Shown here: piece by piece, positions 53,408-64,000 of the stretch
How positions within the stretch are numbered: position 1 is the first letter of the stretch
Layout of the letters: each line of letters starts with the position of its first letter
Source: Octopus vulgaris
Lineage: Eukaryota
DNA: 64,000 nucleotides
Direction of reading: 5' to 3'
Assembly: GCA_951406725.2 (NCBI GenBank)
Contig: OX597836.1
Span: forward strand, 7,564,001 to 7,628,000
The notes under the pieces: generated by a model
Told to the model about the DNA's origin: nothing
Seen by the model: the letters and a program-made list of their open reading frames with translations, nothing else
The model's database searches: none
Made by a program: the position numbers and the translations under genes

Positions 53408-55883
53408 CCAGAGATGACTACAGGTCTTCAGCGTCACTCGGGTTCATCACAAATTTCACATTAGACACATGCCTGCTCGAAGAATTTCTTGTTTTATTTC
53501 TAGCCCCAAATGGCTTATTTTTCTATAACTAGCATTATGTCTTTCTCCAGTTCTAAGTTAAGGGTGAAAATAAAGCAACCTTGCAAAACACAGCTGATAC
53601 AGACACACAGACACACAGAATAACAGCAATCAAAGAAACAACAGCGGAGTGCAGAACAAACATCTGCGATCTGTCTGTTGCCGGTATTCTTGACAAGAGA
53701 TGCCAGTTAGTCTTTTAGTCGACCTTGGTGGAATTTGAACTCAGAACGTGGAGAACGACGAATTGCCGCCTAAGCATTTCATCCGGCGTGCAAACGATTC
53801 TGCCAGCTCGCAGCCCTAATATTCTCTGAACATTTCCAGAACCATATTTGTTATATAATATTTACGCACTCCAGGGCGGTGGGCTGACAAAATCGTGAGA
53901 GCGTCGAACAAAATGCTTAGCGGCATTTCTTCAGATTTTGACGTCCTTAGTTCAAATTTCGCCATGGTCGACTTTGCCTTCCATCTTTCGGGGTCGATAA
54001 GATAAGTACAATTTGAGCCCTGGAGTCGATGTAATCAACTTACTCCCTCCTCCAAAATTGCTGGCCAATATTAAAAGCGTTCCGTATCTATAATTCCAAT
54101 TTTAAGTATTTTGGTAAATCCAATTCTTCCATCCATGAACTTCATGATAGGTAACACAGAGTTGTTTCCCTTGATAAGAAAGTATAACATTTCCGTGAGG
54201 TGACGACGGTGGGGATGGCCTTCGGTTGTTTTAATTTTGATGAAAACACTACGATTTGGCCACTATTTCTAGTAGGCTGAACAATATTTATTAGTGAAAA
54301 GTTTAAATTCAATGACAAAAATCGAAAAATATATTAAAATATCAGAAAAAGAATGTAAAATGGTGAAACACCAAACGTTGGTTGTAAATCTATTAGAATA
54401 TGATTACAGTTACCTCCCTTAGACCAGTAAACCGCGGGTGCGCGACCATTCGAAGACGTGCTTTGCATAGATTATTGTAATCCAGACAGCTTCCAGTACA
54501 ATGGATAATCTGCCCCTATATTTAGCAGGGTCACTAGTTTTATTTTAATTGTTGTCTAAAATACGGACAGTCCGAATTTTTTGTTTAAATCCCAGCAATA
54601 AACTATTAAATGTGTTTAAAGGGAGAAAGATATAGAAAAACAGCAGTTACGTCAGAATGACAAAGAAACGAGGAGGTTATCAGGTGGTCGTGAGATGTAC
54701 TAAAAATAATAGCTAAATAGCCCTTAAATCACTCGTCACGAGATCTATTTTTCAGGGGGTTTTTTTTTGGTGGGGGGTATAATTATATGATTTCCTTTGT
54801 GTGTAGAACCCAAACTCGCCAGAAGTTTCTGAAAATTCTTAAAGAATTAAAAATAAAATTGTTACTCTTTTACTTGTTTCAGTCAATTTACTTGATTGTG
54901 GCCATGCTCGAGCAAATCGACCCCAAGACTTATTCTTTGTAAGTCTAGGACTTATTCTATCGGTCTCTTTTGCCGGACCGCTTAGTTACGGGGACGTAAA
55001 CACACCAGCATCGGTAGTCGCAAGATTCGCGAGAAATATATTTCCAAACAAAAAAAAAATGAACTGAAACTGAAATATGTTAAATAATAGACGCAGACGT
55101 GGCTGCGTTTTAAGAAGTTTGTTCCCCAAGTACATGACTGTGGGTTCGTTCCCACTGTGACACCTTGGGCAAGTGTCTTCTACTATAGCCTCAAATTGAT
55201 CAAAGCCTTGAGAGTGGATCTGGCAGACGGAAACTGAAAGAAGCCTGTTGCATATGTTATATAAATATGTCTATTTGCGTGTGTTTGCCCTCCACTCCCG
55301 CTTGACAACCAGTGTTGGTGTGTTTATGTCCCCATAACTTCGCGGTTCGGTTAAAAATAGTCGATGGAATAATTACGAGGCTTAAAACAGAAAAAGTAAG
55401 TCCTGGGATGGATTAGTTCGATAAAAAAAAAAAAGCCCTTCAAAGCTGTATATTAGCATGGCTGCAGTCCAATGACTAAAAACGATTAGAGCTAATTTTG
55501 ACCCAAAGCAAGCAATACTGAAGGAAGGGAACAAATCGATTTCTCGACTCCATTAGTTGAATATTAGTTATTTTATTATTTTTTTCTATTGAGTCCAACT
55601 TCGGCAGAATTTGAGCAAAATACGTCCAATAAGTTCCCACACATACATAGAGGTGCAGGCGCAGCTATGCGATAAAATGTTGGTTCTCCAACCACATAGT
55701 TCCGGGTTCGGTCCCGGATGTGTGTGTGTGTTCCACCACCTCTTGACGAATGGTGTTGCTGTGTTTATGCCCCTGTATCTTAATACTTCGGTAAAAAAAA
55801 TAATAAAGATAAAATAAGTGTCCCGGGTTTGTAAAAACCAAAACCAAGTACTTGGCAGTACTAGAATTAGATATAACATCACA

Positions 55884-56565
55884 AGTGTGCCCTCCACTTG
55901 ATTTTGTTTCCTCATAGCTTCCAGAGAAATGGATATCCTTCAATGGAATTTTCTACAAATGCGCTTCAGATGGTGTCGATGCCAGTTACATCAGAATTTA
56001 TTTTGAAAAAATGTTTCCAAGAACAGGGAGAAGAATTTCGGAAAATTCACACGAGTCGACTTTTCCCCCTCATAACTTTCAAAAAAAACGGATGTTTTTT
56101 AATGAAATTTTTTACAAATACCTTTCAGATTGAGTAGATTATGATTATACCGGAATTTAATATGAAAACTAATTGGTGGGCTGGCACACACGACATATGT
56201 CTACGAAATAAATCTTGAAATTTCGAAGAAAATTGCGACGTATGTGAGTATGTTCCTGTGCGTGCCCAACAACTTTATTTTCCCCATTAAATTCCGATAT
56301 AATGGTAATCTACATTATCTGATAGGTATTTGTAGAACATTTCATTTACAAAATATTCGTTTTTCTAAACGTTATGAGGAAACAAAGCCGATTCGTTTGA
56401 ATTTACAGAAATTATTCTCCCCAGCCCTGGAAAATATTCCTTTTCAAAGCAAATTATGATGTAATTGGAATTTACATTATTCGAAGCGTACTTGCAGAAA
56501 ATTTTTATTGAAGAATATTCATTTTTATGGAAGTTATGAAGAAACAAAATTGGGGTGAGGCATAT
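55884..56565. mobile_element. Old foldback-type element with ~300-bp diverged inverted arms built from internal repeats
   Basis: Left gattttgtttcctcatagcttcc...aattttctacaaat mirrors right ...atttgtagaacatt...ggaagttatgaagaaacaaaatt; a related unit occurs at ~57190-57390. Confidence 0.7.
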
Positions 56566-56929
56566 TTGTGTTGGTGTGCCTAAAATTCTTAAAAGTGGTG
56601 CCCCAGCACGGCCGTAGTCTATTTACTAAAAAAATAATAATGGTAACACGCACATACACATATGCACACACACACACGCACATACACATGCACACACACA
56701 TACACACATGTACACACACACATTCGATGTAAGTTGTGCTGGTGTCAAACGACAGAGCGAGCGAGAGTTAGAGAATAAAAATTGTTATTGTGATAGTTTA
56801 TAACAATATTTTTTTTCCCCTTTTGCTTTCTTATCCGGTGTTAACTTATTTATTTCAATAAATTTAGAAACTTTGGACCTTTTTATTAAAAATTAAAATA
56901 AAATAAAATACAACAGAAAAAAAAAAGGA

Positions 56930-57170
56930 ACACCGTTTAAAGGATATGTCATCACGTCATTAAATCAAAGAAGCAGACGACATTCAAACAAACCAGACGA
57001 CATTCACGCCATGGCGTGTCGACGCGTCGCCGGTCGTTTTAGAAGAAATAGCTCCAAACAGAAGTAAGGAAAGAGTTTGATATTTTATTTTTGTATATTA
57101 CAATTTGTCTTAATTACAAATGTCTGCTCTCCTTCGACTTTTTTCCTTTATAACTTTCTACAGGTAAATA
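56930..57170 (+). promoter_or_regulatory. Candidate CpG-rich promoter / first exon
   Basis: Unique sequence with dense CpG in a CpG-poor window; CRE-like tcacgtca; direct repeat cagacgacattca x2; palindromes; possible donors aa|gtaagg (57064) and cag|gtaaat (57164). Confidence 0.45.
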
Positions 57171-57392
57171 TTGACATCCGAACGTGTCCCTCACCTCGCA
57201 TTTTTGTTTCTCCGTAACTTTAAAAAAAAAAAATTTGGTTATTTGTTTTGAAGAAATTTTCTACAAATACCTTTCAGGTAGTTTAGATTACGTTTGTATC
57301 GGAATTTGTTGCAAAGAATTTTTACCGGAGTGGGTGGACGAAGAGGAGCGACTTTGTTTCCTCATAGCTTTCAGAAAAATGGATGCTTTTTA

Positions 57393-57775
57393 AATAGCTT
57401 GTCTACCAACCACATGGTTCCGGGTTCAGTCCCACTGAGTGGCACCTTGGCCAAGTGTCTTCTACTATAGCCTCGGGCCGACCAAAGCCTTTTGAGTGGA
57501 TTTGGTAAACGGAAACTGAAAGAAGCCTGTCGTATATATATATATATGTATATATGCGTGCGTGTGTTTGTGTGTCTGTGTTTGTCCCCCTAGCATTGCT
57601 TGACAACCGATGCTGGTGTGTTTATGTCCCCGTTACTTAGCGGTTCGGCAAAAGAGACCGATAGAATAAGTACTGGGCTTACAAAAGAATAAGTACCGGG
57701 TTCGAGTTGCTCGATTAAAGGCGGTGCTCCAGCATGGCCGCAGTCAAATGACTGAAACAAGTAAAAGAGAAAGAG
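57393..57775 (+). mobile_element. tRNA-derived SINE, family A (5'-truncated, CpG-rich, young-looking)
   Basis: Same as 33581-33960. Confidence 0.85.
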
Positions 57776-57934
57776 AAAAAAAATAACTTTCACACAATGT
57801 AGATTTCGATTATATAAGATTTAAATATATATATATATTTTGTATGTGGAAAATCCACAGGTACATAACTCCATGTCCCCCTACATGGCCTTGCTTTTTG
57901 CTTTTTGAGCCCAAAAAATTAACTTAACTAATAA

Positions 57935-58978
57935 ACACTGAAAATGTGCAGAAAATAGACTACATCAACTGCCAGGGGGGCAAGCTAGAGGTAGTAGAAA
58001 GCTTTCATTATCTAGGCAACCAAGTTAGTAGTGGAGGTGAATGTTCCAAGAGCATAGCTGTGAGAATAAGATTAGTCAGAGCAAAGCTCAGAGAGCTCCT
58101 ACCCCTGCTCGCAACAAAGGGCCTCTCTCTAAAAGTGAAAGGCAGATTGTTTGATGTCTGTGTGTGAAAAGTTATGCTGCATGGCAGTGAACCATGGGCT
58201 GTAACAGCTGAGGACATGTACAGGCTAGAAAGAAATGAAGCCAGTATGCTTCACTGGATGTGCAATGTCAGTGTGCATGTTCGACAGAGTGTAAGCATCT
58301 TGAGAGAAAAATTAGGCATAAGAAGCATCAGATGTGGTGAGCAAGAGAGACGACTGTGTTGGTATGGTCATATGATGCATATGGATGAGGCAGCTGTGTT
58401 AAAATGTGACAGTCTTTAACTGTAGAGGAAACCTGTGGTAGAGGTAGACCCAGGAAGACATGGGCCAAAGTTGTGAAACATGGTCTTCGAACTTTGAGCC
58501 TCACAGAAGCAATGTGTAGTGACCAAGAGATTTGGCAATGTGCTTCAGAGGACCCATCAAGCCCAGTGAAATCATAATTGTGGTAACTGGAACCTGTACT
58601 GGTGGCATGTAAAAAACACCTTTTGAGTGTTGGGCCTCATGGAGGCAATGGCTGAGACCTTTGGCAATATATGTGCTTGAGAAAACCCATCAAGCCAAAC
58701 AAAACTGCAATCATGGCAGACACCAGTGCCATGCAAATTGGCACCCGTACCAGTGGCATGTAAAAGTACTCCGGTGTCATGCAAATGGCACTCCTGCAGG
58801 TGGCACGTAAAAGCACCCATTACACTCTCAGAGTGGTTGGCATTAGGAAGGGCATCCAGCCATAGAAAACCATGCCAAATAAGAGTGGAATCTGGTGCAG
58901 CCTTCCAGCATGCCAGCCCAGTCAAACTGTCCAACCCATGCCAGCATGGACACAACATATGTTAAATGATGATGATAA
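57935..58978 (+). mobile_element. 5'-truncated RTE-clade LINE with 3' UTR and (GAT)n tail
   Basis: LEVVESFHYLGNQVS, MLHGSEPWA, RRLCWYGHM and GRGRPRKTW motifs with stops, followed by the ggaagggcatccagc...aacccatgccagcatgg...tgatgatgat end that is scattered in many short copies across the window. Confidence 0.88.
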
Positions 58979-61900
58979 TAAATTCTTCATAATTTTCAAA
59001 ATTAACCATAAAACAAAGCCTGCATATTTCAACAAGTGATCTAAATTAAAACCACTTTATCATAATTTCATTATAATTTGTGTTCTGAACTCCAGCTTAA
59101 TAATAACTATGTAGTTTTACTAAATGATTTTGTAAAGATTAATTGAAAGAAAGCAGTGTATTTTGAGAGAAATATGGTAACAAAAGGGTTAATCCTTTGC
59201 AGTTTCCAAGTTCTTTATGTTCATAGTTCAAATCCTGCTAACGTCAAATTTGCTTTCCATTCTTAGGTCTGTAAAATAAAGTAACACAGCAAACTGGCTG
59301 AGTTGTTTGAGCAATGATTAGATAATCTTGTAATTATCATTCTGGATCTCTGTGTTCAAATCTTGCTGAGGTTATCTTTGACTTTCATAGTTGATAACTG
59401 TACAACCAGTCCTGGCTGTGAGGTAAGAAGCTTACTTCCTAACCACAAGATTCCAGGTTCAGTCCCAGTGTGTGGCACCTAGGGCAAGTGTATTCTACTA
59501 TAGACTTGGGCCAACCAAAACCTTGTGAGTGAATTTGGTAGATGGAAACTGAAAGAAGCCTGTTACATATATACGTGAAAGCAAATGGCTTAGTGGTTAG
59601 AGTGTTTGGCTCATGGTCATAAGCTCAATTACTGGCAATGCATTGTGTCCTTGAGCAAGACACTTTATTTCTCATTGCTCTAGTCCACTCAGCTGGCAAA
59701 AATGTGTAGCACCTGTATTTCAAAGGGCCAGCCTTGTCACACTCTGCATCATGCTGAATCTCCCTGAGAACTATATTAAGGGAATGCAGGTCTGTGCTCA
59801 GCCACATGCACATTAATTTCATGAGCAGGCTGTTCTGTTGACTGAATCAACTGGGACCTTCATTGCCATAATGGACCGAATGTGTGTGTGTGTGGATCCT
59901 TGTTTGTACTCCCCAATGCTCGACAACTGACTGTGTGGTTATGTTCCCATAACTTAGTGATTTGGCAAAAGAGATCAATAGATTAAGTACCATGCTTAAC
60001 AAATGAAAGATAAAAGAAACTGGTGATGATTCTTTTCTTTCTGTCTCTTTATCTTCCATTGTTTCTAGAAGAAATTGAATGTTTTGACCTTGAGAGCAAT
60101 CGGCTTCACCAACCCAATGCCACACCACCACGAGCTGAGGGCCCAAGGAAAAACAAGGTAAAATAAAGGATTAATTTTGTACTTGGAGATAAGAGAAGGC
60201 AGTCAATAGACTGTTCCCTCCCCACATACTTGAGCCCTTGTGTCCATGTAAGAAATAATTAATCATAATGTTCAGGCCACAGTAAACAGTCAGACCTAAG
60301 AAATTCATACTATGATTCGGTAACAAAGCACTAGTGGTCAAGAATCTTGGGTTCATTTCCACTGCACGGCATTTTGGGCAAGTGTTTTCTACTATAACAG
60401 TGGACAGTAATGAAAAGCACAACCACTTAAACCACTTTTGCCGAACTGCTATGTTATGGTGATGTAAACACACCAGCATTGGTTGTCAAGCAATGTTGGT
60501 AGGGAGGGGGGGAGACAAACACAGACACACACATATATATACATGACAGGCTTCTTTCAGTTTTCATCCACCAAATCCATTCACATGGCTTTGGCCAACC
60601 CGATGCTATAGTAGAAGGCATTTGTCCAAGATGCCATGCAGTGAATATTATATAAGCTTGCTTCCCAACCACATGGCTCCAGGTTCAGTCCTTCTGTGTG
60701 GCATCTTGGGCAAGTGTCTTCTACTTGGGCTGACCAAAGCTTTGTGAGTGGATCTGGTAGATGGAAACTGAAAGAAGCCCATCATATAAAAATATATATG
60801 TATTTGTGTATCTATATTTGTCCTCCCACCATCGTTTAACCATGTAACTTAGTTCAGTAAAAGACACCAGTAGAATAAGTACCAAGCTTACAAAGACTAA
60901 GTCCAGGGGTTGATGCCTTCAACTAAAAAGCAGTGCTCTGAAATGCCCATGGTCCAAATGACTGAAACAAGAATAAAAGTATATGTGTGTGTGTAGGCAT
61001 GTGGTTGGAGCATTGGCCTCACAATTGTGAGGTAGTGAGTTTGATCCCTGGACCAGGCTGTGTTGTGTTCTTGAGCAAAACATTTTAATTCATGTTGCTC
61101 CAGTTCATTCAGCTGTTGAAGTTGGCAAGCTGTATCAGCCTTTGCCTTTCCCTTGGATAGCATTGGTGGCGTGGAGAGGGGAGGCTGGTATGCATGGGCA
61201 ACTGCTGCTCTTAAATACACAACCTTGCCCAGACTTGTGCCTTGGAGGGTAACTTTCTAGGTGCAATCCCAAAGGGGGTTTTTGTGTGTGTGTGTGTGTA
61301 CACCTGCACCTGGCCCCATCAAATGGATGCATGACAACTTGTCAGTTTGTTTCCATCCCTGTAAATTCGAGGTTTGGCAAGAGACAAATGGAATAAATAG
61401 TAGACATTCCAATGACTGAAACAAAGGTGGTGCGTTTCAGAAATAGGAAACCAAAATTATTAAGAAAGAACTGGAGGGAAAAAGAAAAAAAAAAACATTC
61501 AGATTGGAAAATGCAAATAAAAAATATCAAAGAGAAATTTTAGAAATTTTAATTTAAAAACTGACTTTATTTTATCAAAATAAATGTCCACTAATTATCT
61601 TTTACAATTAGTAACAGCAGAAGAACCTGGCATGGGTTTGTTCCATTTTAAACTTACCAGTCTACAAATTTCAAAAGATGTTATGTAGTAAGAGGGATTT
61701 AAAAACATTTTTTTTATAATTTCTCATTTTGTTTCTTTTACTTATGATTTTTTTTTTTTATTTTTTGTCCTTTCTTGAAATATGAGTTTTTTTCTTTTCT
61801 TTTTTTTTTCTTCTATTTCTTAAAAGTTTCCAAGACAGAAAGAGTTGAAACTACTTGGTTGTAAAAAGCAAATAGAATCACATGTTAAAAAACATAAAAC

Positions 61901-62897
61901 AAAAATGGCAATTTATATACATTTCCAAACTTAGAAAAACAAAAGGAAAAAAAAAAAAAAAAGAAAAAGAAAAAATGGGGAGGGAGGTACATAATATTAA
62001 GTGCTGCAATCATTGCTATGTACAAAAACGTACAAGTGGATCAGTAACCATCATCATCATCATCATATCACCATCAACAACAAAGCAGAATGGGATATTA
62101 AAAAAAAATAATATATATATATATGACTTTCTCATTCTCTACATTCAAATCAAGGAGGGTTAAACAATAGAGAAGGGCAGGGGAGTAAAAAAAATGGAAA
62201 GTAAAAAATAAAATATTTTAGTAATCATAAGAAAAAAATAATAGTTCACGTCAAAAAGATATCCTTTGAAATTAAGGGCTGCTTTTTCTTTTCACTCTTT
62301 CTCCTTTCGGTGGTGTTGGGTGGTGGGGGAAGGGAGGGCTGCATGTTTTTCTTCCTTTCTATTTCTTCCATGAGCACACTGTAAGTGCAGCATGTCACAG
62401 TATGAGTTTTCTCTTTCAATGCAACACAATATGCCTGCAGTCACAGGAGAGAAAATTTGTATGGTGACATGATGTGCCTAAGCACCTCTTAGTTTTCTAT
62501 ATTTTTCTGGTTTCAGCATTTTAACCTTGATAAATTGGTAATTCATTAAACCTAGAGCAGTTGAAATCAATAATTTATTCCTTCAAATAATGACTCAAAT
62601 GATGGGAAAGAGAGAGAAATGCAGGGCAAAATGCAAAAGGTAAATTTAAACAATTAGTCTATTGTGGGGGATGCATTTGAGCAACAGATCTTGCAGGTAA
62701 ATAAATTATACTTTGGGAGTTAAAAATAGAAAATGTGAATATTTATTTCCTTGCATTATTATATTAGATAAAGAAGGCAGAGCTAATTGACTGAATAATC
62801 ATTTTGTTTTGTTTACTTCATTTTATATCAATAGGGGACAGGGGTTAAGAATTCTTTTCCAAATACTTTGAAGAGTAGGGAAGGGAAAGACAGCCCG

Positions 62898-62931
<34 letters not shown>

Positions 62932-64000
62932 CATACACACACACACACATCATACATATATATATCATATATATAATAACATGCATACACATATAAAAAT
63001 TAAAAAAGAATGCACACATAGGCATCGATGTTGGAGGCAAGTAGAAAAAAAAAATGAACAAAACTTAACATTATTATTATTATTATTTGTGGTTTTGTGC
63101 CTATGTTAGAAATAATTATCATCATCATCATCACCAGGCTAATTCAATAAACAGCTACTGGCTGTAGAAACCAGCTGAAAAATAAAAAAAAAAAAAGAGG
63201 GGAAGTAGAACTGTTCAGTGTGTGGAGGTGGGTGGCATGTTTTTTTTTTCACAGATTAGGAAAAAAAAAAAAAAGCACTCAGTACACACTGTAAAGTGGT
63301 TGGTTTTAGAAAGGGCATCACATCTGTAGAAACTATGTCAAAGCAGACACTGGAGTATGACACAGTCCACTGGCCTGTTGGATTGTCAAATCATCCTAAC
63401 CATTCCAGCATGGAAGACTGATGTTAAATGATTTCATATATGATGAGTTTCATGTAAACTTCCAGCTACCAAATTCCACTGATAACACACTGAAACAGCT
63501 TGAGGCTACTGCAGAAGTCACTTGTTCATGGTGCCACATAGACACGAAGCAATACAGTTGGAATGAGAACAGCTTAACCAGACATCACTGTGCCTATAAG
63601 GTATAAAATTTACTTAGGCTCAGCAAAAATCAGATACCTTCTCAGTACCTAAATCTTCATGTGGACAGAAAAAGTAGGCTGCAATCAGTCAGAGAATTCC
63701 GATTTAGGTTGAATGATCACAACAGTTTGTTTGTTTTTGTTTAAGGACTGACATGGTCTCTGATTCTGACAGGCCATAGGCATCAGAAATTACAAGGCAT
63801 AAACAGCATGGGGAAATTGTCAAGAAATTCCAAGAAGAAAACACAGTAAGCTTAATTCTGGCATTTGAGAAAGTGAATGAAATCTTTTCATTCTCTCTGC
63901 AATTCTTTCTGCTATAGGCACAAGGTCTAAAATGAGGAGTTAAGATGATCACACCGACCTCAGTGCTTAACTGGCACCTATTTTATCAACCCTAAAAGGA

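Overview
AT-rich, microsatellite-dense eukaryotic genomic DNA, most likely a coleoid cephalopod (Octopus-like); this is inferred from the repeat landscape only. One protein-coding gene is well supported: a + strand alpha-arrestin (arrestin-domain-containing) gene with 7 coding exons (19924-20035, 32017-32139, 33224-33453, 34925-35104, 36109-36309, 37998-38109, 39690-40489). All its introns are GT-AG, the phases are consistent, and the CDS is 1758 nt (585 aa). The rest is mostly repeats: tRNA-derived SINEs, RTE and CR1 LINE remnants, a full-length but decayed Tc1/mariner transposon, a Helitron fragment, HINE-like elements, piggyBac- and pogo-type MITEs, minisatellites and long inverted repeats. 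Nearly all ORFs in the supplied track are microsatellite artefacts. The most interesting unannotated signals are several dispersed minimal hammerhead-ribozyme motifs of the Penelope-like type (one U3-A8 compensatory core variant, one intact core with a long helix II loop), an array of branch-point-like motifs in front of the first coding exon, a ~420 bp near-perfect hairpin downstream of the gene, an inverted repeat enclosing a tRNA-like core, a CpG-rich palindromic promoter candidate near 57 kb, and a signal-peptide-like small ORF on the - strand. No database searches or folding programs were run.
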